Below, piece by piece: positions 53,859 through 63,177 of a stretch of 64,000 nt of DNA. The stretch's first letter is position 1. The number at the start of each line of letters is the position of its first letter. The notes below the pieces were generated by a model. It did no database searches, was not told where the DNA came from, and saw nothing but the letters and a program-made list of their open reading frames with translations. Source of the stretch: Candidatus Limnocylindrales bacterium (GTDB taxonomy: Bacteria > Chloroflexota > Limnocylindria > Limnocylindrales > CSP1-4); NCBI GenBank assembly GCA_036002525.1, contig DASYTG010000034.1, positions 41,257 through 105,256 on the forward strand, written 5' to 3'. The position numbers and the translations under genes are program-made.

Positions 53859-54614
53859 GTGAGTACCCAACCCCTCATCCTCGTCGCCGATGACGAGCCA
53901 AGGATCACCAAGCTCGTCTCGATCGCGCTGAGCGAGGAGGGCTTCCGGGTCGTGACCGCCGGCGGCGGCGAGGAAGCCCTCGCCAAGGCCGAGGAAGTCC
54001 GGCCCGACATCGTCCTCCTGGATATCGTCATGCCGGACCTCGACGGGATCGAGGTCATGCGGCAGCTTCGGGAGCGCCGGCCGGTGCCGGTCATCCTCCT
54101 CACCGCCAAGGGGTCCACGGCCGACAAGGCCAAGGGTCTGGACCTCGGCGCGGACGACTACATCGCCAAGCCGTTCCATCCGGACGAGCTGGCGGCGCGC
54201 GTCCGGGCGGTCATCCGGCGCTCCTCGGGAGCCGCACCGGGAGCCGGCGTCATTGCCTTCGACGACGTCGAGATCGACCTCGAGCGGCGGATGGTCACCC
54301 GGGGCGGCGAGCTCGTCCAGCTCTCGCGGACCGAGTGGCTGCTGCTCCAGCACCTCGCGGCCAACGCCGGGAAGGTGGTCCTCCACACCGAGCTCCTGAC
54401 GAAGGTCTGGGGCCCTGAGTACCGCGACGACCTCCAGTACCTCCGGGTCTGGGTGTCGCGGGTCCGGCGCAAGCTGGGTGCGAAGCCCGGCGAGCCCGGC
54501 CGGATCAAGACGTTCCAGGGGATCGGCTACCTCCTCGACGTCGAGGGCCAGGCAGCCGCCCCGGCGGCGGACGAGCCGGCCAACGACGAAGAGGCATCGG
54601 CCCTGATCGGCTGA
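53859..54614 (+). CDS. OmpR/KdpE-like response regulator
   Basis: LILVADDEPRI..., DIVLLDIVMPDLDG, LTAKGSTADKAKGLDLGADDYIAKPF. Effector domain TRTEWLLLQHLAANAGKVVLHTELLTKVWGPEYRDDLQYLRVWVSRVRRKLG. GTG start after ggaggtg. Confidence 0.9.
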   Translation: MSTQPLILVADDEPRITKLVSIALSEEGFRVVTAGGGEEALAKAEEVRPDIVLLDIVMPDLDGIEVMRQLRERRPVPVILLTAKGSTADKAKGLDLGADDYIAKPFHPDELAARVRAVIRRSSGAAPGAGVIAFDDVEIDLERRMVTRGGELVQLSRTEWLLLQHLAANAGKVVLHTELLTKVWGPEYRDDLQYLRVWVSRVRRKLGAKPGEPGRIKTFQGIGYLLDVEGQAAAPAADEPANDEEASALIG

Positions 54615-54647
54615 GGCGTCCAACGGCTCCACGATCCCCGAATTCCC

Positions 54648-54686
54648 ACGGGGCGGAGGCCATCGAGGCCTCGCCCCGTTTCTCTT
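54648..54686 (+). terminator. intrinsic terminator of the response-regulator gene
   Basis: ACGGGGCGGAGGCC-atcga-GGCCTCGCCCCGT (one bulge) followed by TTTCTCTT. Confidence 0.6.
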
Positions 54687-54849
54687 GTCATCTGCGCTCC
54701 CGGAGAGCATTAGCCGCTTCGGGAGCCGGAAGACAACGAATCTTCAGTGCCGTCGTGCGTGGACGACCCCGTAATGTCCCCCGGCAGGGCATACGGGGAA
54801 GCCGGGCCTCGCGACGGCCCGGCTTCGAACGAATCGAACGCGTCGCGCC

Positions 54850-55077
54850 TCAACGGCCGCCGAGGCGCTCCTTGAGGGCCGCGAGGAGTCGTTCGGCGTG
54901 GCGCCGCTCGTCCTCGATCATCTCGCTGAAGATCCCGCTGTCGTCCTGCTCGGCATACACCTCGTATGCCTCGATCGCTTCGAGCTTCGAGGTGAGCGCC
55001 TGGAGGACGTTGTAGGTCGGGTCGTCGACCGGGGACTCGGCAACGCTCGTGCCTTCCTCCATCCGGGTGTCCGTCAT
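54850..55077 (-). CDS. small helical acidic protein (75 aa)
   Basis: MTDTRMEEGTSVAESPVDDPTYNVLQALTSKLEAIEAYEVYAEQDDSGIFSEMIEDERRHAERLLAALKERL. The upstream part of the listed ORF is Arg-rich. Confidence 0.5.
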   Translation of the reverse strand: MTDTRMEEGTSVAESPVDDPTYNVLQALTSKLEAIEAYEVYAEQDDSGIFSEMIEDERRHAERLLAALKERLGGR

Positions 55078-55225
55078 GTGCCGGAACCTCCTGTGGCGGT
55101 TCGGTGAAATGTCGACCTCGATCGTGTCACGGGCGCGGGCACGACCGGTCCATCCCAGGCGGTGCGGCCGTTGCAGCGGGGTGACAGCGGGCACCGTCGA
55201 GCTGTCGCTGCGCTAGCGTAGGACC

Positions 55226-55840
55226 GTGCACGAGTACGACCCCCAACACGACTACGACCCCCGCACGGCCCTCGTGGTCGTCGACGTCCAGAACGACTTC
55301 GCCGACCCCGCCGGCTCCTTGTCCGTCGCGGGCGGCGACACGATCGTGCCCGTGATCAACGCCGAGATCGAGGCCGCCCGCGCCGGCGGGGCCTTCGTCG
55401 CCTGGACCCAGGACTGGCACCCGCCGTCGACCCCGCACTTCCAGAAGGACGGCGGCATCTGGCCGGTCCACTGCGTCCGCGACACGTGGGGCGCGGAGCT
55501 TCACCCGGGCCTGGTCGCCGACGGCCCGGTCGTCCGGAAGGGTGCGAACGGCGAGGACGGCTACTCCGGCTTCACGATGCGCGACCCGGTGACCGGCGAG
55601 ACGATCCCCACCGAGCTCGAAGGTCTGCTCCGCGGTCGCGGCATCGAGCGGGTCGTCGTGTGCGGCCTGGCGACCGACTACTGCGTCAAGGCGACGGCCC
55701 TCGACGCCGCCCGCCTCGGCTTCGGGACCGCCGTGCTCGCCGACGCGATCCGGGCTGTCGACCTCCAGCCCGGCGACGGCGAGCGCGCGATCGAGGAGAT
55801 GGCCGCGGCTGGCGTCGGGCTGTGGCAGGGAGTGGCTTGA
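55226..55840 (+). CDS. pncA: nicotinamidase/pyrazinamidase (isochorismatase family)
   Basis: ALVVVDVQNDFADPAGSLSV, WTQDWHPPSTPHF, WPVHCV and VVVCGLATDYCVKATALDA (catalytic Cys). Confidence 0.8.
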   Translation: MHEYDPQHDYDPRTALVVVDVQNDFADPAGSLSVAGGDTIVPVINAEIEAARAGGAFVAWTQDWHPPSTPHFQKDGGIWPVHCVRDTWGAELHPGLVADGPVVRKGANGEDGYSGFTMRDPVTGETIPTELEGLLRGRGIERVVVCGLATDYCVKATALDAARLGFGTAVLADAIRAVDLQPGDGERAIEEMAAAGVGLWQGVA

Positions 55841-56745
55841 GCATCTACGTCGAGCGCCTGATCCGCGCCCCGATCGATGCCCTGTGGACCCATACCCAGG
55901 ATCCCGCCCTCCACGAGCGCTGGGACCTGCGCTTCTCGCAGATCGACTACCTGCCGCGATCGGACCCGAGCGAGCCGCAGGGGTTTCGCTACACGACGAG
56001 GCTCGGGTTCGGGGTGTCAGTGAGCGGCGAAGGAACCACCGTCGGCGAACGGACGCTACCGGACGGCAGCCAGACCTCGGCGCTTCGGTTCGGCTCGGAC
56101 CAGGCTCGCAGCCTTATCCGGGAAGGGCGCGGCTACTGGAAGTACATCCCCACGACCGCGGGCGTTCGATTCCTGACCTCGTATGACTACACCACCCGAT
56201 ACGGAGTCATCGGGGCGCTGTTCGATCGCTTGGCGTTCCGCCCGCTGATGGGCTGGGCGACGGCGTGGAGCTTCGACCGTCTGCGACTCTGGCTCGAGGA
56301 GGGAGCGGATCCGGCGCGCGTGATGCGCCAAGCGATCGCCCATGGAGTCGCCCGGATCGGGCTCGCCGCCACGTTCGCGTATCACGGCATCGTGCCGAAG
56401 CTCCTCGGGCCTGCCCCGGACGAGCTGGCACTGCTACAGAACACGGGAGTTCCCGGCGCACTCGTCGGGCCGGCGATCGTCGCGCTCGGCGTGGCCGAGG
56501 TCCTGCTCGCTATCGCTCTTCTCGTGTTCTGGCATCAGGCCTGGCCGGCGCTGGTCTGCCTCGTGTTCGCTGTCGTGGCCACCGTCGGCGTGGCCATCAC
56601 CTCGCCGGGCTATCTCGGTGCCGCGTTCAACCCGATCACGCTGAACCTCGGCATCGGCTGCCTTGCCGCGATCGACCTCCTGACGATCGCTGGTCTCCCG
56701 TCGGCCGGCCGCTGCCGGCGCCGCCCCGAGCCGGAGGTCCCGTGA
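55837..56745 (+). CDS. SRPBCC-like domain fused to a DoxX-like membrane domain
   Basis: The TTG overlaps the pncA stop (TTGA). N-terminus SIYVERLIRAPIDALWTHTQDPALHERWDLRF. C-terminus has four TM segments (GLAATFAYHGIVPKLLG..., ALVCLVFAVVATVGVAI...). Confidence 0.75.
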   Translation: MSIYVERLIRAPIDALWTHTQDPALHERWDLRFSQIDYLPRSDPSEPQGFRYTTRLGFGVSVSGEGTTVGERTLPDGSQTSALRFGSDQARSLIREGRGYWKYIPTTAGVRFLTSYDYTTRYGVIGALFDRLAFRPLMGWATAWSFDRLRLWLEEGADPARVMRQAIAHGVARIGLAATFAYHGIVPKLLGPAPDELALLQNTGVPGALVGPAIVALGVAEVLLAIALLVFWHQAWPALVCLVFAVVATVGVAITSPGYLGAAFNPITLNLGIGCLAAIDLLTIAGLPSAGRCRRRPEPEVP

Positions 56746-57419
56746 CCTCGATCTATCAACGGGCGCTTGGTTCGGACTTCGACCGTCTCCATCCCGAGAT
56801 CCAGCGCCGGTTCGGCTTCTCGAGCAGGGATGGCGTCGCCGCCGTCGGCCGGGGCGTGATGGAGGAGGTCTGGAAGGGCCGCTTCTACACCGTCCCGTTC
56901 CTGTACGTCGGCACGTGGCGCCGGATCATGTTCCCCGAGACGGGCAAGGACATTCCCTTCACCATCGAGAACTACGCATTCGTGGACGAATTCGGTCGGG
57001 AGACTGTGTCCTGGATCCGCACGTTCGAGTCGCGGCGGACGCGTCGCTTTGATGCGTACATGGTCTACAGCGAGGAGCGCGCCAGAATCGTGGACTACCT
57101 CGGATCACACGAGCACCTTGCGGTCGACATCGATCTCGCGGTCGATGACGCGGGTGGCCTCCGCCTTCGGTCCGGCGCCCAGCGCTTTTACGAGGGCCTC
57201 GTCGGATTCAGGTTCCCCATGTTGTTCACCGGGATCGCCGACGTGCGGGAGTGGTATGACGAGCGGATCGGGCGGTTCAGGATCCACGTGAACGTCCGAA
57301 ACCGGACATGGGGACCACTCTTTGGATACTCGGGGACGTTCGATGTGCAATGGCTCGAGGTGTTGCCCGGCGACGTGCCCGAGCACATCCTGCCGCGACG
57401 CCAGGAGCGCCGTTCGTGA
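56742..57419 (+). CDS. DUF4166 domain-containing protein
   Basis: The GTG overlaps the upstream stop (GTGA). SIYQRALGSDFDRLHPEIQRRFG... is a typical DUF4166 N-terminus. Its partnership with SRPBCC/DoxX-type genes is recalled from memory, not checked. Confidence 0.75.
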   Translation: MTSIYQRALGSDFDRLHPEIQRRFGFSSRDGVAAVGRGVMEEVWKGRFYTVPFLYVGTWRRIMFPETGKDIPFTIENYAFVDEFGRETVSWIRTFESRRTRRFDAYMVYSEERARIVDYLGSHEHLAVDIDLAVDDAGGLRLRSGAQRFYEGLVGFRFPMLFTGIADVREWYDERIGRFRIHVNVRNRTWGPLFGYSGTFDVQWLEVLPGDVPEHILPRRQERRS

Positions 57420-58312
57420 AGCTCCACCTCGTCGACGCGACGTACGAGCTGTTTCGGGCCCACTACGCGCCGCGCCCGCCGGTTCTCGGGAAGAACGGCA
57501 AAGTACTCTCCGGCGTTTCGGGCCTGGTCGACCAGCTGCTCTTCCTGCTTCGCGAGGAAGGGGCGACCCACGTCGGGTGCGCGACCGACCGGGTGATCGA
57601 GTCCTTCCGGAACGACCTGTTCCCGGGCTACAAGTCGTCGGTCGGGATGCCGCCCGACCTCCTCGCCCAGTTCCCGATCGCCGAACAGGCGATCGAGGCC
57701 CTCGGCCTCGTCCTCTGGCCGATGGTCGAATGGGAGGCGGACGACGCAATTGCCACGGCCGCCGTCCGCTGGGCCGATGACCCGGACGTCGAGCGGATCC
57801 TCATCTGCACGCCGGACAAGGACATGGCTCAGCTCGTCAAGGACGCGCGCATCGTGCTGTGGGACCGACGCCGGCGGATCGTATACGACGACGCCGCCGT
57901 GCGAGTGAAGTGGGGTGTCGCCCCCGAGTCGATCCCGGACTGGCTCGCTCTCGTGGGCGACGCATCGGACGGCTACCCGGGCATCCCCGGCTTCGGCGCG
58001 AAGACGGCCGCCGCGCTGCTCGCCCGCTACGGCCACCTCGAGGCGGTCCCGATCCGCGGCAGCTCGTGGGACCTGTCCGGCGTCCGCAACCAGGTGGGGC
58101 TGGCCCAGATTCTCCGCGACCGGCTCGCCGAGGCGATGCTCTACCGCGACCTTGCCCGCTTGCGCACGGCCGCGGACGGCGTCGAGATTCCGCAGCAGAA
58201 ACCCGCCGAGCTCGAGTGGCTGGGTGCGCCTCGGGCAGGCTGGGAGGCGTTCTGCGACGAGTGGGGCCTCGACCGACTGCGGGCCCGCCCGCACCGCTGG
58301 GTCGAGGCCTGA
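57416..58312 (+). CDS. 5'-3' exonuclease (FEN / Pol I N-terminal domain-like)
   Basis: The GTG overlaps the upstream stop (GTGA). HLVDATYELFRAHYA, FRNDLFPGYK, WEADDAIATAA, and the H3TH region LVGDASDGYPGIPGFGAKTAAALLARYG. Confidence 0.85.
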   Translation: MKLHLVDATYELFRAHYAPRPPVLGKNGKVLSGVSGLVDQLLFLLREEGATHVGCATDRVIESFRNDLFPGYKSSVGMPPDLLAQFPIAEQAIEALGLVLWPMVEWEADDAIATAAVRWADDPDVERILICTPDKDMAQLVKDARIVLWDRRRRIVYDDAAVRVKWGVAPESIPDWLALVGDASDGYPGIPGFGAKTAAALLARYGHLEAVPIRGSSWDLSGVRNQVGLAQILRDRLAEAMLYRDLARLRTAADGVEIPQQKPAELEWLGAPRAGWEAFCDEWGLDRLRARPHRWVEA

Positions 58313-58336
58313 GTCGAGGCCCGAGTCGAGGCCTGG
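58301..58336 (+). repeat. 3 x 12-bp tandem repeat GTCGAGGCC(T/C)G(A/G) spanning the exonuclease stop codon
   Basis: Read directly: gtcgaggcctga gtcgaggcccga gtcgaggcctgg. Confidence 0.6.
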
Positions 58337-58530
58337 TCGCCCCCGGTTTTGCGTGCCACGCATGTCCCGACGGGTGACGTGTCTGCCGGGCCTTTCGGGG
58401 CTCCCGTACGGTGCATGTGCCGCACAAACCGCGCACAAAGCACCGAATTCGTGCCTATGGCGCAAACAACACGACGCGTCCGTCCGCCAGCCGTCGCAAC
58501 GTGCGCGTCACGCACGTTCGAACCCGCCGC

Positions 58531-59394
58531 TCAGCGGACGAGGTCGAGCAGCGCCCGATGATGGCCCCGGGGCGCAGCCAGCACGCCGATCGAGCGGGGC
58601 GGACGAGCGACATCGAACCACGGGCCGCCCGCGAGGTCCGTGACCGTCGCGCCCCCACGCTCCGCGATCAGGCCCGCGGCCGCGACGTCCCACGCAGAGA
58701 GACCGCCCTGCTGCACGAACGCATCGAAACGGCCGTTGGCCACGTACGCGAGCGCCAGCGCGGCGGAGCCCATCGACCGCGACACGCGGATCGCCTTCCG
58801 GACGTTCCGCGCCCGGGTCGCCGCGGAGCGGCCGCCGAGGGCCATCGACACGACGAAGTCGGACAGGCGCTCCTTGTCGCTCGCCTCGATCGGGCGGCCG
58901 TCGAGCCGGGCCGGCCCGCCGGCAGCCGCGGAGAAGGACTCGTTCCGAGTGGGGTCGTGGACGACCCCGACTGCCGGCCGGCCGTGGACGACGAGGGCGA
59001 TCGAGACGCAGAACACCGGGATCCCGTTCGCGTAGTTGATCGTGCCGTCGAGCGGGTCGACGATCCATGTCCGGCCGCGGGCGAGCGTCGGCGTCGCGCC
59101 GGCCCTGGTGCCGGCCCCGGACCCGGATCCGGTGGACTCCGACGAGGCGTGCTCGCCCGACTCCTCGGCGAGGATCGCATCGCCCGGCCAGGCCCGGCGG
59201 ATCTCTTCGAGGATGAGCGCCTCGGACAGGTGGTCGACCTCGGTGACGACGTCACGGGCGCTCTTGTAGTCGACCTGCTCAACCCGCTCGTACCGTTCCA
59301 TGAGGAGCCGGCCGGCGCGGGCGGCGACCTCGAGGGCGAAGGCGAGCTCGTCGGCGAGTGCGGGCTCGGCCCGCGATCGGGCCGGTGCCGTCAC
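58531..59394 (-). CDS. inositol monophosphatase family protein
   Basis: VTEVDHLSEALI, AILAEESG, WIVDPLDGTINYANG and AWDVAAAGLIAERGG. The GTG at 59394 overlaps the upstream stop. Confidence 0.85.
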   Translation of the reverse strand: MTAPARSRAEPALADELAFALEVAARAGRLLMERYERVEQVDYKSARDVVTEVDHLSEALILEEIRRAWPGDAILAEESGEHASSESTGSGSGAGTRAGATPTLARGRTWIVDPLDGTINYANGIPVFCVSIALVVHGRPAVGVVHDPTRNESFSAAAGGPARLDGRPIEASDKERLSDFVVSMALGGRSAATRARNVRKAIRVSRSMGSAALALAYVANGRFDAFVQQGGLSAWDVAAAGLIAERGGATVTDLAGGPWFDVARPPRSIGVLAAPRGHHRALLDLVR

Positions 59395-59942
59395 GGCGCC
59401 TCGCAGACGACCGCCAGGGGCCGCGGCGACACCCCGAACTGGCCGATCGTCGCCGTGAACGAGCGCGATTGCCCGGCTTCGACCGGCGGGCTCTGGACGA
59501 TCGCCGCCGGGCCCACCCCGCGGTTCGCGGGATCGGTGATCCGGCACGTCGTCGGGCCGGCCTTCGTGCCCTCGTTCCGGACGTCGACCGTCACCGCGAG
59601 GCCTGCCGGGGCCGCCTCGACGGCGGTGATCCGCGCCTCGAACGGCCCGATCCCCGACAGTGCCAACCGCCCCGCGACCGCCAGGAGCACGACGCCGATG
59701 ACGATGGCGAGAAAGACCGTCCCGTGGGCCTGGGACGCGGCCGGGTCCGACAGGCCAAGCGGGTTGCACCGCTCGCACAGGGCGACATCGAGCGGGACGG
59801 GACGGCCGCACCGGACGCAGGGATGGGTCGCGTTCGAGCCGCGGACCGGCGGTGCGGAAGGGAGCGCCTCGGGCATCGGGGCGTGATGGTGCCACGAAAC
59901 GAAGGCGGCGACCGTCAGGAGGGAGTTGTTGCTTGACTGCAA
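59391..59942 (-). CDS. membrane-anchored protein with N-terminal zinc ribbon
   Basis: CVRCGRPVPLDVALCERCN, then TM FLAIVIGVVLLAVAG, then a beta-rich domain. The start may instead be MPEALPS (59876). Confidence 0.55.
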   Translation of the reverse strand: MQSSNNSLLTVAAFVSWHHHAPMPEALPSAPPVRGSNATHPCVRCGRPVPLDVALCERCNPLGLSDPAASQAHGTVFLAIVIGVVLLAVAGRLALSGIGPFEARITAVEAAPAGLAVTVDVRNEGTKAGPTTCRITDPANRGVGPAAIVQSPPVEAGQSRSFTATIGQFGVSPRPLAVVCEAP

Positions 59943-59977
59943 CCATCCCGATTTCGATTCCGTGGGCGGCGTCCCGG

Positions 59978-60883
59978 CTACCAGCGTTCCGCCGCGCGCA
60001 CGAGGCCCGCGACGTCCGAATCGGTCCGGGCGGTGACGATCACGCCGTCAGCTCCGAGCGCCCGCCACGCGGCCAGTTCGTCCCGCGGTTTCTCGACCCA
60101 CGGCGAGCCGCGCAGTGCGTCCTCACCGGCCCGGCCCGCCTCGAAGCCCACCAGCACGCGCATTGACTCTCGCCCGCGGCCGGCAGAGGCCAGCGCATCG
60201 CGATAGACCGGCTCGAGTGCCGAGAACTTCTCGGGCGGGCTGGTCCAGCCATCTCCGGCCCGGGCCGCGAGCCGCACTCCCCCCGGCGACTCTGCCCCGA
60301 CGATGATCGGGGGCGGCGGGGTCGGGATGGGCAGCGCCATCGCAGCGCGGAGCGGGTAAAACCGACCGCGGACATCGACCGGCCCGCCGGTCCACAGTGC
60401 GCGCACGACGGCGATCGCCTCCTCGAGCCGCGCGACGCGCTCCGGGACGGGCGGGAACGGGATCGCGTATGCCTCGTGCTCGCGCGGGTGACCGCCAATC
60501 CCGATTCCCAGGACGAGCCGGCCGCCGCTCACTTCCTGGAACGTGGCCGCCATTCGGGCGAGGACCGCCGGGTGGCGGTTCATGACGTTAGCGACGAACG
60601 TCCCGAGCGTAACCCGCGACGTGAGGGCGGCGACGGCCGTGAGCGTCGTCCAGGCCTCGAGGACCGGGTTCGGGCGCGACCCGCGGGGCATGAAGTGGTC
60701 CCACGACCACAGGCCCTCGTAGCCGGCGGCCTCGAGCCGGAGGGCGCTATCGCGCCACCACTCGAACGACACGCCGATCGTCGCGAGACTCACCCCGATC
60801 GGGAGGCGATCAGTCAACGATCCCGTCCCGAGTGCGGCCTGAACGACCCACGGCGGGCGCGTGCGACGCGCTGAGGATCGCAT
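59978..60883 (-). CDS. LLM-class (luciferase-like) flavin/F420-dependent oxidoreductase
   Basis: GYEGLWSWDHFM, TLGTFVANVMNRHPAVLARMAATFQEVSGGRLVLGIGIGG. The start is probably downstream of 60883, which would reduce the overlap with the HIT gene. Confidence 0.85.
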   Translation of the reverse strand: MRSSARRTRPPWVVQAALGTGSLTDRLPIGVSLATIGVSFEWWRDSALRLEAAGYEGLWSWDHFMPRGSRPNPVLEAWTTLTAVAALTSRVTLGTFVANVMNRHPAVLARMAATFQEVSGGRLVLGIGIGGHPREHEAYAIPFPPVPERVARLEEAIAVVRALWTGGPVDVRGRFYPLRAAMALPIPTPPPPIIVGAESPGGVRLAARAGDGWTSPPEKFSALEPVYRDALASAGRGRESMRVLVGFEAGRAGEDALRGSPWVEKPRDELAAWRALGADGVIVTARTDSDVAGLVRAAERW

Positions 60884-61307
60884 CGCGCAGTCGGGCGAGA
60901 TCTTCGGCGGATCGCGCGAATGTGTGCCCGGCCCGCGGATCGATGGCGGCTCCCTCGTAGGGATCGCCGGGATAGCGCGGGTAGAGGTGGAGGTGGAGGT
61001 GCGGGATCGTATTGCCGTGAACCTCGTAGTTCAGCTTGGGCGAGCCCGTGACCCGCTTGACCGCCTCTGCGACGGCTGACACGTCGTCCCAGAACGCATG
61101 GCGCGCCATGCCACGCAACGCGAAGGGCTCCATGACGTGGACCTTAGACACCACGCACACGTAACCGGGAAGCGGGGCCTCGGTCGCGGCGGTCACCCAT
61201 GTCGCCGCCACCTCCGCGAGCACGTCGAGGGGGCGATCCGCCTCGCAGATCGGACACGAGCCCACTCGCTTGCCCTCGCGAGGTGTCGGCTCATGGTGCG
61301 AGCGCAT
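60810..61307 (-). CDS. HIT family protein
   Basis: Histidine triad NTIPHLHLHLYPR. Start at MRSHHEP (61307). Confidence 0.85.
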   Translation of the reverse strand: MRSHHEPTPREGKRVGSCPICEADRPLDVLAEVAATWVTAATEAPLPGYVCVVSKVHVMEPFALRGMARHAFWDDVSAVAEAVKRVTGSPKLNYEVHGNTIPHLHLHLYPRYPGDPYEGAAIDPRAGHTFARSAEDLARLRDAILSASHAPAVGRSGRTRDGIVD

Positions 61308-61342
61308 GGGTCGACCATACGCCCTTGGTTCCGCAGTTACGG

Positions 61343-62191
61343 CTACAGATCGGTCTCGAACAGCCGGATGTCCTCGTCCGACGCCGCGTGGCCGTCGCCC
61401 CGGGTGTGCTCGAGCGCCTGGCGCACGCCGAGCGCATCGAGGTCGGCCGGGAACCGCCCGATCATCTCGAGGACGACCTTCTGGATCCGCTCGGCGTTCT
61501 GGGCGAAGACCTCGAGGACGCTGCGGGCGTCGACCGCCTCGGTGCCCTCGAGGACACCCGCGTCGTAGTCGGTGATGAGCGCGATGTTGACGACCGCCAT
61601 GCCCAGCTCCCGGCACAGATACGCCTCCGGGTATTGGGTCATCGAGATCACCTCCCACCCGGCATCGCTGAACCACTTCGACTCCGACTTCGTCGAGAAG
61701 CGTGGGCCGTTGATGATCACGATCGTGCCCCGCTCGTGCATCGGGATCTTGTGCTCGCGAATGACCTCCGACGCAATTCCGCGAAGCACCGGGTCGTAGA
61801 TGTCCGCGGACGACAGGTGGGTGACGATCGGCCCGTCATAGAAGGTATCGGCCCGGCCGCGCGTCCGGTCGACGAACTGATCGCACAGCACGAAGTCGCC
61901 GGGCTTGACGTGGCGCTGGAGCGAGCCCGCCGCGCACGGCGAGATCACGGCCTTCACCCCGAGTGAGCGCATCGCCCAGACGTTCGCCCGGTAGTTGATC
62001 CGATGCGGCGGAATCGTGTGGCGCCGGCCGTGGCGCGGCAGGAACGCGACCTTTCGCCCCGCCACCGTGGCAAGGAAGAAGCTGTCCGAAGGCGGGCCGT
62101 ACGGCGTGTCGACCTTGATCTCGCGGACGTCCTCGAGCAGCGAATAGAAGCCCGATCCCCCGAAGACCCCGATCTCGGCCGTGTCCGCCAC
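61343..62191 (-). CDS. mtnP: S-methyl-5'-thioadenosine phosphorylase
   Basis: IGVFGGSGFY..., VAFLPRHGRRHTIPPHRINYRANVWAMRSLGV and MTQYPEAYLCRELGMAVVNIALITDYD. GTG at 62191 preceded by ggaggagg. The remainder of the listed 569-aa ORF is shadow. Confidence 0.9.
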   Translation of the reverse strand: MADTAEIGVFGGSGFYSLLEDVREIKVDTPYGPPSDSFFLATVAGRKVAFLPRHGRRHTIPPHRINYRANVWAMRSLGVKAVISPCAAGSLQRHVKPGDFVLCDQFVDRTRGRADTFYDGPIVTHLSSADIYDPVLRGIASEVIREHKIPMHERGTIVIINGPRFSTKSESKWFSDAGWEVISMTQYPEAYLCRELGMAVVNIALITDYDAGVLEGTEAVDARSVLEVFAQNAERIQKVVLEMIGRFPADLDALGVRQALEHTRGDGHAASDEDIRLFETDL

Positions 62192-62269
62192 CGATTCCTC
62201 CTCCCGCCTCCGACGCGACCGGCGGATTCTAGAGCGTAGGATGGCCGCGGACCTGCGGAGGACGACACG

Positions 62270-62539
62270 ATGACCGAACCAGCCGAACCGACCGATTCCC
62301 GGTCCACCACCCCGCCGCTCGACGAGCGGTCGTCGAAACGCCACCGCGACGACCGCGGCGTGGACACCGGCGCAATCGTATTGGGCGTCATCCTCCTCGT
62401 GATCGGCGCGTGGTTCTTCCTCGACAAGACGCTCGGGATCGACCTTCCGGCGGTCGATTGGGGCGACATCTGGCCGGTCGTCCTCATCGTCGTCGGGGCG
62501 GTGGTCATCTTCCAGGGGATGCGCCGACGGACGCGGTGA
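62270..62539 (+). CDS. small membrane protein (LiaF/DUF5668-like two-TM)
   Basis: GAIVLGVILLVIGAWFFLDKTLGIDLP...WPVVLIVVGAVVIFQG. Confidence 0.6.
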   Translation: MTEPAEPTDSRSTTPPLDERSSKRHRDDRGVDTGAIVLGVILLVIGAWFFLDKTLGIDLPAVDWGDIWPVVLIVVGAVVIFQGMRRRTR

Positions 62540-63177
62540 TCGTGCCCGCCATCGATCGACTGTCGTTGGCGGATTGGCGCCGCCGCGTCGCCGACGTGTA
62601 CGCAGGAGTGCGACGGATGGCCCGCGACGATCCGCGAGACGCCTGGGAGCACTGGGTAGCGGCGCGCGAGGCGTTGTTCCGCGACCATCCCCAATCGCCG
62701 GTTCCGCCCGAGCGGCGAGCGGGCTTCCGCGCCAATCACTGGCCGTACGACCCGACCCTGCGGTTCGAGCTGCCCGTCGCCCCCGCGCCACCGGCGGCCG
62801 CCGGAGCTCTCCCCATCGAGCTGCCGAACAGCGGCTCGGACGTGCTCGCCTTCTCGCGGATCGGGGCTGTCGAGGTCCCGTTCGCGACAGGGCCGCGCCG
62901 GCTGTCGTTGTTCTGGATGGCCGGCTACGCGGGCGGCGTGTTCCTGCCATTCCGCGACGCGACGAACGGCGCCGAGACGTACGGGGCAGGCCGCTACCTG
63001 CTCGACGGCGCGAAGAGCGCCGACCTCGGCGGCGACCTGGCGGGCGGGACACTGGTCATCGACTTCAACTTCGCGTTCCATCCATCGTGCGCGTTCGACC
63101 CGAAATGGGCCTGCCCGCTCGCCCCACCGGAGAACCGGCTCGACGTCCCGATCCGCGCCGGCGAGCGGCTGGCATGA
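62536..63177 (+). CDS. DUF1684 domain-containing protein
   Basis: The GTG overlaps the upstream stop (GTGA). LPFRDATNGAETYGAGRYL...FNFAFHPSCAFDPKWACPLAPPENRL is a characteristic DUF1684 C-terminus. Confidence 0.85.
   Translation: MIVPAIDRLSLADWRRRVADVYAGVRRMARDDPRDAWEHWVAAREALFRDHPQSPVPPERRAGFRANHWPYDPTLRFELPVAPAPPAAAGALPIELPNSGSDVLAFSRIGAVEVPFATGPRRLSLFWMAGYAGGVFLPFRDATNGAETYGAGRYLLDGAKSADLGGDLAGGTLVIDFNFAFHPSCAFDPKWACPLAPPENRLDVPIRAGERLA

Noticed and set aside
58505-58535. GTTCGAACC motif suggestive of a tRNA T-arm
   Set aside because: The adjacent 5-mers are not complementary and there is no anticodon or acceptor structure. It lies just outside the IMPase gene stop codon (58531-58533).
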